From IMG/VR virus record IMGVR_UViG_3300047510_001751, positions 96,001 through 160,000 of that record: a stretch of DNA of 64,000 nt. One strand, given 5' to 3'. The translations under genes and the position numbers were made by a program. The stretch comes from a virus. The notes under the pieces are model-generated. The model searched no databases. It was not told where the DNA came from and saw only the letters and a list, made by a program, of their open reading frames with translations. This document shows positions 19,301-26,943 of this stretch, in pieces. Every line of letters begins with the position of its first letter. Position 1 is the stretch's first letter.

Positions 19301-22051
19301 AATTTCTTCTCTGTTAGCTTTAATTAGATTTGTAGAATCCTTGTATCTGGCAGCAGAAGCATTAGGACTGATAAAAAGTTCTGGATAAGCGTCTTCAATG
19401 TATCGTGAAGTTTCTTGCTTAATAAACTCTTGGTTTCTAGCAATTAAATAGCTAGCTTCTACAAATCTATCTGTTTGGTTATTGGAAATAATAGCAATGA
19501 AGAGATTTGCTAAGTTATTAATAGCAGCTTCTACGTTAGCACAATAAGGCCAAACAGAATCAATTGTTACATCTGGATCGAAGTATCTAGAAATATTAGA
19601 AAACTGAGGAGAATACAAATCGTCATTTTCATTAATTCTCCATCCTCTCATAGCAAGGACAGCTAAATTTCTAGCAATATCAAATGCTCTAATTGTTTCT
19701 GAAAGTTCGGTAGCAATATAGCCAATGCCAGTACCTAAAACATAATACTTAGCAGCTTCAATAGTGTTATGGTTTCCACCATATTCCATATCACGAAGAA
19801 TAGCACTTACAAAGTGTCCGATATCTCTAATACACTTTGCTTCGTTTGGATTGGTAAATTCAGGAAACTCAGCAATTACTTGCTTATAAGTTTCATCTTT
19901 GATAAACTCAAGATTATTCTTAATTAGATTTCTAGCATCTTGATATCTTCTAGAAATATAAGGAGTAGCTTCAAACTTGTTTGGTGAGTTTAAAAGAGAT
20001 AGAGTTACATAATGTGATACAGGAGAAACTGTAGCATTTGCTGGAGTGTAATTGCTATCAGTAAACTCAGGCATGTTATCTTTAGGGATAACAAATCTTC
20101 TAGATCTACTATCATCATCAATTAGCACACCAACTTTATCAAGGTCGTAAATCCTTTGAATGCCATTTAAGTTTGCTAATTCAGGAGGAAGACCAGAAAT
20201 TCTAACTTCTTGACCTTCGTGAAAATCATGAATATTATCTATACCTTGTAATTGATTTGTATAGAAAATAATACCACCAACTTGAGCTTGTTGAGAAGCA
20301 TCAATTCTTACAATTGGGAAAGTTGTTGTTGTATCAGTTCCATGTTCTACAACTTCGCCTTCTGGTCTGATAGATGAAAGATCTACAATAGTAAAAGTAA
20401 ATTCTTGTGCCCAATCAGATCCATTCCAAGTATATGTAATACCATCATTTGGATGGGTGTATACATCACCAATTGATGGTGACGATGGCCACCCAGTATA
20501 TTCTACGGGAGCTTCAATATAATAACGAACACTTTCACCCTCAGCAAATACACCAACAGAAGTCTCAAAATCAACAGAACCTTTTTGATATGCTGTTGGT
20601 CCTGTAGTCGAATCAAAAGTTACAACTTTAACAGAACCAATAGCACTAGTGTTTACACCGTTAATTGTTTCTCCAACAACTAACTTATTACCGCCAGCAT
20701 TAAAATCAAATACTGCTCTAAAAAGTGTTTTGCCGAAAATTTGATGACCAATAGGGAATCTTCTCTTGAAGTCTCCTCCGTATGTTGGATCATAATATAA
20801 TCTTTGCTTATCATCAAATACACAAGCAAAGTTCCATGTGGATACGGGATTACCCAGAGTGTCTAGTTTATCCCTAAAGACCATACCAGTGATATAGTTT
20901 TTATCGGCAAACTTAAATACGTTTTTACCAGGATTGTTTGGTCTTACAATTACAATTCTAAGCGAGTCACCAACAACCGAACAATCGGGTGGAATAGAAA
21001 TTGGGTTATCTTCTACATAATCACCACCAGCGATAATAACAGTTTCTTTTATATTTCTAGATTCTGTAGCAATTTGACAACCACGTTTGATTGTTCTTAC
21101 GGGAGAAGCTACAGATCTACCATCATTTTCATCATCACCAATTTGCTGAGAAACATAAACACGACCACCAACGTCATTGGTAGCAAGATTTAATACGTAT
21201 TCAGTGGTAGCAATTTTATTTGAATTATCTCCTAGAGGAGGAGTGATAGATCTTGGCCAAGAAAGTTCACCAAAATATGGTTGGTTTGAATCATTTACAC
21301 GGAAACCAACATGCTCTAACTGAACTGTTCCATTGGTTACTATTCCCTCAGTATGTAATGGAGGTGTTGTTCCAGTAATGCCAGTATTTTTTGCTCTATA
21401 TAAATTTCCTTCGAAATAACGGATAGCATTTTTCGTTAACGAAACATTCGAAACCCAAACTTGTTCTGAATTATTATCAAATAATTTAAGATATGGTGCT
21501 CTAATATTAAGATCCGCAGTTACAAAATTTTCTAGGTCTAGATTAAGAATACGAGCAGTATCTGAAATGATAGATGAAGACGTTCTAATAGCACCGTTTA
21601 CATCAATTTCATAATCGATAGTATCCAGTGTACATGTCGCTACAGCACCGCCACCTGTAGTATCACCCTCGGCATTTTGAATTGTGATTGAAGGTGGTGT
21701 GGAATAACCAGATCCTGGATTAGATACAATAACAGCTATAACTCTACCGTTAGATAAAATTGTGCTGGCGGTAGCTTGAATAGAACCGATACCAGCGGGC
21801 GGAGGATCTATAATTACTAAAGGGGGGGAAGTATACCCCGTTCCTTGGGCAGTGACATTAATATTATCTACACGACTTCCTGTTCTATTAACACCAATTC
21901 TTGGTAATTTGGTAGTTGAATCAATTAAAGCTCTAAAAACTTCCTTTTCATCAGATCCTTGACCCGATCTAATTATAAAATTATCGCTACCAATAATATT
22001 AGGCGAATCAGATTTGATGTATTGCTTATCAGAATTAAATTCTAATCCCAT
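10334..22051 (-). CDS. Giant tail fibre (3905 aa): pectin-lyase-like beta-helix, phycobiliprotein-like repeat array, fibre shaft repeats, C-terminal peptidase S74 chaperone
   Basis: C-terminal SDRRLKTNI...REAGVIAQEI..VLPEAV...LAVQYERLVPLLIEAIKEL (S74). YVSQQIGDDENDG..PVRTIK beta-helix cap. LV.RD.SGNF.AGTITA shaft repeats. Confidence 0.9.
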   Translation of the reverse strand: MGLEFNSDKQYIKSDSPNIIGSDNFIIRSGQGSDEKEVFRALIDSTTKLPRIGVNRTGSRVDNINVTAQGTGYTSPPLVIIDPPPAGIGSIQATASTILSNGRVIAVIVSNPGSGYSTPPSITIQNAEGDTTGGGAVATCTLDTIDYEIDVNGAIRTSSSIISDTARILNLDLENFVTADLNIRAPYLKLFDNNSEQVWVSNVSLTKNAIRYFEGNLYRAKNTGITGTTPPLHTEGIVTNGTVQLEHVGFRVNDSNQPYFGELSWPRSITPPLGDNSNKIATTEYVLNLATNDVGGRVYVSQQIGDDENDGRSVASPVRTIKRGCQIATESRNIKETVIIAGGDYVEDNPISIPPDCSVVGDSLRIVIVRPNNPGKNVFKFADKNYITGMVFRDKLDTLGNPVSTWNFACVFDDKQRLYYDPTYGGDFKRRFPIGHQIFGKTLFRAVFDFNAGGNKLVVGETINGVNTSAIGSVKVVTFDSTTGPTAYQKGSVDFETSVGVFAEGESVRYYIEAPVEYTGWPSSPSIGDVYTHPNDGITYTWNGSDWAQEFTFTIVDLSSIRPEGEVVEHGTDTTTTFPIVRIDASQQAQVGGIIFYTNQLQGIDNIHDFHEGQEVRISGLPPELANLNGIQRIYDLDKVGVLIDDDSRSRRFVIPKDNMPEFTDSNYTPANATVSPVSHYVTLSLLNSPNKFEATPYISRRYQDARNLIKNNLEFIKDETYKQVIAEFPEFTNPNEAKCIRDIGHFVSAILRDMEYGGNHNTIEAAKYYVLGTGIGYIATELSETIRAFDIARNLAVLAMRGWRINENDDLYSPQFSNISRYFDPDVTIDSVWPYCANVEAAINNLANLFIAIISNNQTDRFVEASYLIARNQEFIKQETSRYIEDAYPELFISPNASAARYKDSTNLIKANREEILDRALAEVAVEHPDFYYPGDTQTNAQSRYNDAYRLIQKNKETIVDTAAAEIAVQYPDFYYPGDLQTNERSRYADAYRLIQQNKTAIIDTAYTSSGGSIPADPDGTKCKRDIGYFIDAVSLDVFLGGNSNSIAFLKQYFDNAGSLTTNGLAGEIPQSVLAFNSARDEMKKAVANQLGVTDTSVTAGSAIYASGGTTVPNTDPTACSDVQTYIANLTAIITTRLTAGNLIGLPNINRDYQSRYYDAANLIKANKEEIKVRAAAEIAIQFPDFYYPNDPQTTARSRFKDGYRLIQQNRQEIIDRAAAQIAVDYPDFYYPGDAQTNARSRFKDGYRLIQKNRTLIIDNAFASMQTQYPGFTVPGNDDARCKRDIGYFVDAISLDMATGGNQYSIAFTKLYFDGSGLAISNGLVGETAQSVFAFNEAREQCALAVTNQLAYIDLSVTAGPTNYGGGGGSVSNTDPTACSDVQSALQTLTTLITDRITAGNINGANALPTPTTGDSFVTAGEAKCKRDIGYFVDAIALDIYDGGNQFTLGFTKLYFDPETGIKIANGLSGEESEADTAFTMAVEMMKKAVSNQLYIKDLTITAGPASYGVPGPDIAVLESGNAAACIDVQTAVETLATIAQTRLLAGNINGANVLPPTTTGASVTPAGEAKCRRDIGYIVDAVAYDIQTGGNSRIIDYTLRYFENATTLLTNGLDGEVSQSIVAFNKARDWMNKALTNQLYVKDTTITADPDTLSNISESSCANVRTAVSNLVSILTTTLQTGNTSGLPAVRKASGNLKCRRDIGYFVDAIALDLFSGSNKYSRNFVLQYFNSGSPISDGLLGEEAQSVVAFNKARDMMKLAVYNGLYYKDLTVSTGPATYGGGGGNVANTDPAACSDVQTAITNFTTLITDRISAGNLTGLPAETATTYFASESKCRRDIGYIVDAVASDLYDGGNKNTIRATKRYFLTNTIPLSNGLVGETSQSITAFNKARDVMRLAVTNQLNERDLTITGDPNPGYLPTVFGYGVEGELNNNNNPDSCIDVRNSIGTLIAIATTAIAAGNLTSLPAINEGDFLTTTTIKCRRDIGFILGALRRDLILGGNAGIVTSGESYYTGNALTGIPQSELLPTRQAFTKARDLAILAMRNWKTGDGTGVVYIPEFATAPQFIDSTTIVDTNTPTCANVATTITTAFSILDDILANGSVVEKSFGTLFEPTVVFPENTIYDADNKRVNVDSIYLDLPFIEASPYIQNASVISFLGGGGCEIDGDKIRQPNCPRPGLNPPIGNADPKATFPNQGKSMVAAQFTIISFGGTGYRIVNDGYVQLVSVFVLFAQDGIYADTGGYASVTNSATNFGTYALRARGFRKDPYAFDIGTITNVTTTATGRTVFTVGGLGREPLEHYIVKFADYENQDSDIEYFVDNVRLTTVGPPFTSTIDINEAMLLQRKSNGQAITVGNAELVGKQIRLHRPSIVNSSSHTWEYAGAGNDYRALPENGGVKNEAFEQVSQAYGRVYTSGTDELGDFKVGYFAKIENRTGNITFTGTVSISEVEFLKLKGGDVVVTGFDASNTLGGNFSSDSKIPTQKAVKDYISNNLGQYLNKPYSTNAVPRNLVELTDSGKISLDQIPALRPFNVFTIQTTAERLALEGPLAGDIAIELGTTTSYILNNDLESQFIGISVNTDLEFATGAFITGSLSTGQGEVTEYRQGVLYRISISNQGNGYDDLNPPSVSISAPDQPGGVSAQASCTVVNGRVVTVTIVDYNGYKGGFGYTSPPSISFSAPGVGGVQAEANGLIESRVYIDIVNNIKIADTDTIQSTNVSPVTVPVIRTVNTSGSNPSNWVSLSTSSISAQDITSGIISSSRLAGNAGEANSFSFLRGDSSYALAVQSIKPAEERYFDFTTDQTAANQNTLQFKLNNQILIGHLVIAPGVPTGTTVANTFVTVVNNVSFTTVTLSTSVTQLITQNTIIEFSRPESPVLLDATLTLSNFVDKILVASGGTGFTDGQYFDLAVSGGTGSGLKANFTIEGGSITTVLVTSGGSAYSSDFSITQMPVQIGLGANAVLEAKTNTSVKNFANVGIDIKRVDAKTLEANEYGNTGVARFKKSQFNIGDSGDGSVELKTGTGSGLDADLLDGQQGLYYRDGQNLVNLSISPDKLGSGLYGIDISGQSANTLRLTTSVNNPSSSPSPSTFNEGVIADTRNNTADGLADGGTRHGVITFRQFGTGSDASGGGVRQLAFTDNNNLWIRGSGSGVASFSTWAKVWTSINDGVGTGMDADLLDGRQGTFYQNAYNINSGIIGPSHISSFLGSTSVDNSLTVKSYVAQTFFDVYISGKILSEAPFVSGLTIDLFDSIGIKVGDFELLNVSTSNNIDDTLDYTILTGRLLSGNIAAAFRIGNTQTNEIINDYNISDFAGTFDVAKLESVSGTARLSLGRTDGTASVPVIDFRSSSSPAGLYNVRLAVSGGNSANGSGSLNILAGNANALTLNSNVIWNAGNITFSSLNNASTAVQRDGSGNFAAGTITASLTGAASLNVLKSGDTMSGSLTFLAGNQVLINTTSGDQGSGSGNKTLTIFNDTAGRDAFLTFHVSGDYAGYFGLDGATNDLFWGGWSVGTSTKYTILHTGNNPVSSLNTNNTLVKRDGSGNFAAGTITATLSGNASTATTLQTARTINGVSFNGSANITITASTAAALSLGTYLTYDAGTTFNGGTARTINVTASTSGNTNLVARDASGNFSAGTITAALSGNATTATTATNLAGGAAGSVPYQSGDGATIFLANSGAGKFIKSTASGIEWATFDIGGSNTQVQYNNNGALAGSAQFTFTSGTNSVLRLGGASSFRQDNVATWTGDAGASEGKLEYHSNRWYINAGASSTEVVRFRRGSSDVAWISNTGDLSCTGDITAFASSDRRLKTNIETIDNALDKVTQISGVKYNWNELAEGKDTTKREAGVIAQEIKEVLPEAVIERDNGYLAVQYERLVPLLIEAIKELKEEVQSLKNK
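15738..19951 (-). repeat. Eight ~130-150-aa protein repeats with K/R-C-x-R-D-I-G-Y/F/H...GGN and a second C-x-D/N-V motif
   Basis: First-Cys codons at 19832, 18980, 18203, 17774, 17333, 16949, 16538 and 16097; each is followed by a second conserved Cys motif. Confidence 0.95.
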
Positions 22052-22100
22052 GATTGTATCTCTTCCAAGAATTGTTGTTATTACAGGAATTTATTATTAC

Positions 22101-22107
22101 TATTTAT
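22101..22107 (-). promoter_or_regulatory. Late promoter ATAAATA upstream of the giant fibre
   Basis: tatttat on +, 50 nt upstream of the 22051 start. Confidence 0.65.
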
Positions 22108-22113
22108 CAGGTC

Positions 22114-22623
22114 TTACCAAGAAACTGATACAACTTGTATGTTAGAAATCCACTTAACAACGCCAGTTGCTCCATTAGCTTCTACGCTAAAACTAAACTC
22201 ACCAGCGTTACCAGTATCGTAATTTTCTACTGACCAAGTTTGTCCTAATGGAACATCATCTCTAATAATTGTATTTAAAGATGCTAAAGTAGAAACATCA
22301 CCATTAGAGGCACATTTAACTGTTGTTTCTATTTTAGTAGAGTAAATTCCTATACCATTTTGCCCAACAGCAATTATATTAGCGGTAATAAAATTTACTG
22401 TATTATTTTCTAATTGAATATAAGAATTTTGTGTACTACTTTTAGATAAAATAGCAGTATTTAATGCTTTTAAAATAAAATCAGATTTTTTCGTGTCTGT
22501 ATAATTAACATTTTTTAATTCAAACGAGTTAACATTTTGAAGATCATAATTATCAGAAATAATAGTGGTTTGTTTTACTCCAAACCCACCTTCTGAATTA
22601 AAAGTTTTTGTATCTACTGGCAT
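22114..22623 (-). CDS. Virion structural protein (169 aa), hypothetical
   Basis: ORF track; located in the baseplate/fibre operon. Confidence 0.8.
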   Translation of the reverse strand: MPVDTKTFNSEGGFGVKQTTIISDNYDLQNVNSFELKNVNYTDTKKSDFILKALNTAILSKSSTQNSYIQLENNTVNFITANIIAVGQNGIGIYSTKIETTVKCASNGDVSTLASLNTIIRDDVPLGQTWSVENYDTGNAGEFSFSVEANGATGVVKWISNIQVVSVSW

Positions 22624-22628
22624 TTGTA

Positions 22629-25600
22629 TTATCTAATAAAGGTTTTTAAAATAGTAAATTCTATACTGGAACCATCGGAAATAGCATTATCTAATGTAGT
22701 TGTTAGTCTAACATCTCCATTAGAATCGAAATCAAAAGTAGCGTCGTATAAAAGATTTCCCGAAAGTAAGCTTTCGTACTCTATGTTATATATGTTTGCT
22801 CCGTTAGCAATAATATTATAATCAACCATATGTTTTTCGTAAGTTGATAAATCAACAGCTATAATAGTTAACTTACAAGCAGAAGCTAAATCAGGATCAT
22901 ATAAAACATAAGAATTAAAATTATTAGTTCCTTTTAATAAAGTAAATTTATTAGTTTCTAATACAACATTTGCCAAACCAAAATAAGTTAAAGTTCTATC
23001 TAAAATTTTCTCTCCTGTATAAGAACCTTCAGTAAAAGTTTTATTTACGTAGATATCACCAGTAGCACTTAATCTTAGTAAAGCATCATTAGTAACACCA
23101 GATTTTAATCCGATATCTAAATTATTTTTGCCAGAATAAAGCTTTGTTATTGTAGAACTTGTCGAATCAATACCAAAGGTATCACTGGAGTATCTGACAC
23201 CATCGACATTAATGTTTAGGATATTATTATTTGATGTTATAGTATTTGCTGTTTGGAATGTTAGTGCTGTTTTTGTAACACGTAAAGTATTGTCTCCGTC
23301 ATTATAAAAATATAAGATGTTTTCATTAGCTCCAGATGATGATTCTGGGATAATATAGGTATTACCATCAACGTCTCTTACACCACCTAAACTTGTCCAA
23401 GCAGTGCCGTTATATCCTTCGTATTGTGTTGTTGCTGTATTAAATCTAACAGCACCAGCTTGAGGAATTCCTCTATTTGAACTATTTCCTACAGGAAGAA
23501 CAAACGAAGTAGTTGAGTTAACTTTAACTAATTTTCCAGTAAATGGAGTAATAGTAATATCTTCTGTTACGCTAGAAATATCACTATCCGTAAGTTTTAA
23601 TTTGTTGTTTACATTTACTACACTATTAATATTAACGTTATTAATATTATTAAATGTCAAATTACCGTAAATAGTTCTAATAAATTCATAATCATTTGTA
23701 GTTCCTGTTGTATGTGTAGGACCAGCACCACCAGAAGTTAAGTTTGTCGTTATTCTATAAACATTAGTTTCATTATATACTAAATTATTTTCCTCATAAA
23801 CTGTAGCAGGCTCCCATTTTTGAACACCAACTATATCAATTGATGATATAGTATTAGCAGATCTAAATTCAAGTTTATCCTGATCTAACTGTAATGAATT
23901 AAAGTTATTATTGTAAAAATATAAAATATTTTCGTTAGATCCAGCTGAAGTTTCTGGAATAATATACGTGTTGCCATCAACGTCTCTTACGCCACCTAAA
24001 CTACTCCAAGCAGTTAATCCATAACCTTCAAATTGTTGATTGCTTGTATTAAATCTAATAGCTCCAGTTGTTGCTGAACCTCGTTGTCCAGTTGTTCCAA
24101 AAGGAATAACTAAACATGACTGAGAATCAACAACTACATTAGTGCCCACAGAGGGTCTGATTGTTAACCCAGATGATTGGGTTGCTATTAAATTTGAAGT
24201 AAAAGTTAAATTTTGATTTACACTTAATGAAGTATTATTTAAATTAAGAGAACCATTAGAAGAAACTATGGAATTTATACCTTCAAAAACTAGTTCATTT
24301 TCTGTGATGTTTAATGTATTTGTATTATTATTATAGAAATAAAATACATTATCATTTGCTCCTACAGAAGATTCGGCAAGCAAATATGTATTGCCATCAG
24401 TATCTCTAACACTTCCTAAGCTAGACCAAACATTTGTGTCGCCATCGTAACCTTCAAATTGTCTGGTATCAGTATTAAATCTAATAGCTCCAGTTTCAGC
24501 ATCTAGCTGTGGTCTTTGTACCTGAGAACCTACAGGAACAATTAGTGCTCTGTTAGAATCGAGCTTTATATTTTTTCCTGGGGAGGGCTTTAAAATTAAT
24601 GGAGTTTCTAAAAGAGTAGAAATTGTATTATCTACAATAGTTGTAATATCATTTACATTTAATCCATCAAGACATTTAACTTCACCGTTGGTAGTTAGAT
24701 TACCGTTAGAAGATTCAATTGATAAGGTTGTGGCATTATTATCAATAATATTAATTCTACTTGTATTGATATTAATATCGTTAACTACATCAAATTCTAA
24801 AATATTTGATGATGATAATTTTGGTGTTGAAATATCTGTTATTGCTGATAATGTGTCTGTTACGATTACATCTGAAGCAATATTATCAATAAACCCAGAT
24901 GTTCCTGTAAATGATACTGCCTCGACATCTCCAGTTAAAACTTCTACTTTTACTGGATTTGTTACAGATATACCAGTTGCTGTGAATATAAATCCACTAC
25001 CATCACTCGTATCTATAATTTCATATGTTGCTTGGTCAGCAATATTATTAACACCAGATATTACAATTACATCTTCTACATCATATCCTGTTCCAGGATC
25101 ATTTATTTCAATATTAGTAATATTGCCACCACCGATTTCGGTAATTACAATAGTGGCGGTTCCACTTCCAATAGTAATTAAATCATTGATTGAATATCCC
25201 GATCCAGGAGTATTAATTACTGCCGAAGTTACTTCTCCGCCAGTTACTCCAGATACAGAAAATTGACCTCCCGTACCATCAGGAATTGTTAATACGTCAC
25301 CAATTTCATAATTTTGCCCGCCGTTTACAATATTAATACCTGAAATAGTGCCACCCAAAACAGATGTTACTGTTGCTGTGCCTCCAGTACCCCCATCAAT
25401 AGTTAAAATATCATTTACTTGATACTCAACTCCCCCTGAATTAATAATAACTGAAGAAATCTCACCTCCAGGAGTAACCGAAGATATAGATAATATAACA
25501 TCATCTGGCGCTGGCTCTCCAGTCTCTGGATCTAATGCCTGAGAACCAGGAATAGACACAAGTTCTCCTTGAACATATCCACTACCACCAGAATTTATAG

Positions 25601-26759
25601 TTATATTTGATGGAATTCCTCCAGCATCAACCACGTAATCAAAAGTTAAACCAACCCCAGTTGATAAGAAATCTAAGGGATTTGTTGGTTGATTTGTATA
25701 TGTTCCTGGAGTGTAAACGCTACCAACATTATCTACATTAAAAGAAGAAACAACATTTTGTGGTTCTGCTATAATATCTATCGTAGCATTATTGCCAAAT
25801 CCACCGCTTACAGTTGTTGTTGATGTGGTGTATCCAGAACCAACCGAAGTTAAACTAAGTTGATCGATTTCTCCAGCATTTAGTACAGAAATTGAAACTG
25901 ATGCCCCAGTTCCATTTCCTCCTGTGGGACTATAAACTCCATCAAAATAATTAGAACCAGGAATTATATTTTCTATAGTTCCAATAATACCTCCCGTTGA
26001 GGCAACAATATCTAGAGTAAGACCAGAACCTAATCCACCAGTGGTAGATACGTTCTGTGTAGTAACATATCCTTCTGTTCCATTTAAAAATCCAATCTGT
26101 TCAGGAACTCCATTTACTGAAGCAGTAATATCTACTGTTAGACCAGTTCCAGATCCGCCAGTCGTAGGTACATTTAAACCAGAAACATAAGTTTGCCCAC
26201 TGGTTATTAAACTTAATTCGACTACTCTTCCCGTGGGATCATTCGATATTCCTTGAGGAGCAACAGTTAGATCATCACCAATTACATAACTATAACCGCC
26301 ATCAGTAATAATTACATCAGAAACAGATCCATTGACATCTACGGTAATGGTAGCTTTTGCTCCCGTTCCTGTACCACCCAAAACATTTATATCTGAATAA
26401 GTTCCTTCAGCATATCCAGATCCATTATTAGTAATTTGTATATTTGCTGTTGATAAAGATCTTTTTTCAGTGTATAAATTTTGAGCAAAATATGATCCAG
26501 TGGGGGATAATGATAAAACAGGTTTTCCACCACCAGCAAAACCTAGACGTTGAGCGCCATCTTTGTAAATTCCTAAAGTAATATCAGATTCAAATGTCAA
26601 TGATGGCGAAGTTAAAGATCCATCAGCATATTCTGTTTTAAAAACAGTAATGCTAGATTGTCCCGATGTATAATCATACACATCTTGAGCAATTAAATTA
26701 ATCTTTTGCCTTTGAGTTTCAAATGTGTCTGTTTTAGCAACGGATCTAAGAACTGCCAT
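22629..26759 (-). CDS. Baseplate wedge / tail-fibre connector, cyanophage gp9-like (1376 aa)
   Basis: N-terminus MAVLRSVAKTDTFETQRQKIN typical of this cyanophage family. G.GY..GD.L repeats and three copies of GAIRFNT...FEGY...W.SLG.VRD.DGNTY. Confidence 0.7.
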   Translation of the reverse strand: MAVLRSVAKTDTFETQRQKINLIAQDVYDYTSGQSSITVFKTEYADGSLTSPSLTFESDITLGIYKDGAQRLGFAGGGKPVLSLSPTGSYFAQNLYTEKRSLSTANIQITNNGSGYAEGTYSDINVLGGTGTGAKATITVDVNGSVSDVIITDGGYSYVIGDDLTVAPQGISNDPTGRVVELSLITSGQTYVSGLNVPTTGGSGTGLTVDITASVNGVPEQIGFLNGTEGYVTTQNVSTTGGLGSGLTLDIVASTGGIIGTIENIIPGSNYFDGVYSPTGGNGTGASVSISVLNAGEIDQLSLTSVGSGYTTSTTTVSGGFGNNATIDIIAEPQNVVSSFNVDNVGSVYTPGTYTNQPTNPLDFLSTGVGLTFDYVVDAGGIPSNITINSGGSGYVQGELVSIPGSQALDPETGEPAPDDVILSISSVTPGGEISSVIINSGGVEYQVNDILTIDGGTGGTATVTSVLGGTISGINIVNGGQNYEIGDVLTIPDGTGGQFSVSGVTGGEVTSAVINTPGSGYSINDLITIGSGTATIVITEIGGGNITNIEINDPGTGYDVEDVIVISGVNNIADQATYEIIDTSDGSGFIFTATGISVTNPVKVEVLTGDVEAVSFTGTSGFIDNIASDVIVTDTLSAITDISTPKLSSSNILEFDVVNDININTSRINIIDNNATTLSIESSNGNLTTNGEVKCLDGLNVNDITTIVDNTISTLLETPLILKPSPGKNIKLDSNRALIVPVGSQVQRPQLDAETGAIRFNTDTRQFEGYDGDTNVWSSLGSVRDTDGNTYLLAESSVGANDNVFYFYNNNTNTLNITENELVFEGINSIVSSNGSLNLNNTSLSVNQNLTFTSNLIATQSSGLTIRPSVGTNVVVDSQSCLVIPFGTTGQRGSATTGAIRFNTSNQQFEGYGLTAWSSLGGVRDVDGNTYIIPETSAGSNENILYFYNNNFNSLQLDQDKLEFRSANTISSIDIVGVQKWEPATVYEENNLVYNETNVYRITTNLTSGGAGPTHTTGTTNDYEFIRTIYGNLTFNNINNVNINSVVNVNNKLKLTDSDISSVTEDITITPFTGKLVKVNSTTSFVLPVGNSSNRGIPQAGAVRFNTATTQYEGYNGTAWTSLGGVRDVDGNTYIIPESSSGANENILYFYNDGDNTLRVTKTALTFQTANTITSNNNILNINVDGVRYSSDTFGIDSTSSTITKLYSGKNNLDIGLKSGVTNDALLRLSATGDIYVNKTFTEGSYTGEKILDRTLTYFGLANVVLETNKFTLLKGTNNFNSYVLYDPDLASACKLTIIAVDLSTYEKHMVDYNIIANGANIYNIEYESLLSGNLLYDATFDFDSNGDVRLTTTLDNAISDGSSIEFTILKTFIR

Positions 26760-26943
26760 TTCTTATTATCTCTCTGAGAAGCTGTTTGATTTCAGATATT
26801 TCTTCCTTCAAAGTATTTATGTCATCTCTCATGACATTAAATTCTGTTGACAATTTTTTTGTGGGGCGTTCTTTACTTATGATCGCCCCAGTAGTCATGT
26901 CTCTAACTAAACTTGGATGCCCCTCTACAGAAATGTATTTCAT
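26746..26943 (-). CDS. Small hypothetical protein (MKYISVEGHPSLVRD...; C-terminal coiled coil)
   Basis: ORF track; coupled to both neighbouring genes. Confidence 0.8.
   Translation of the reverse strand: MKYISVEGHPSLVRDMTTGAIISKERPTKKLSTEFNVMRDDINTLKEEISEIKQLLREIIRNGSS

Noticed and set aside
10334-22051. Diversity-generating retroelement or invertible fibre-tip system
   Set aside because: No reverse transcriptase, recombinase, or duplicated template/variable tip region in the window.
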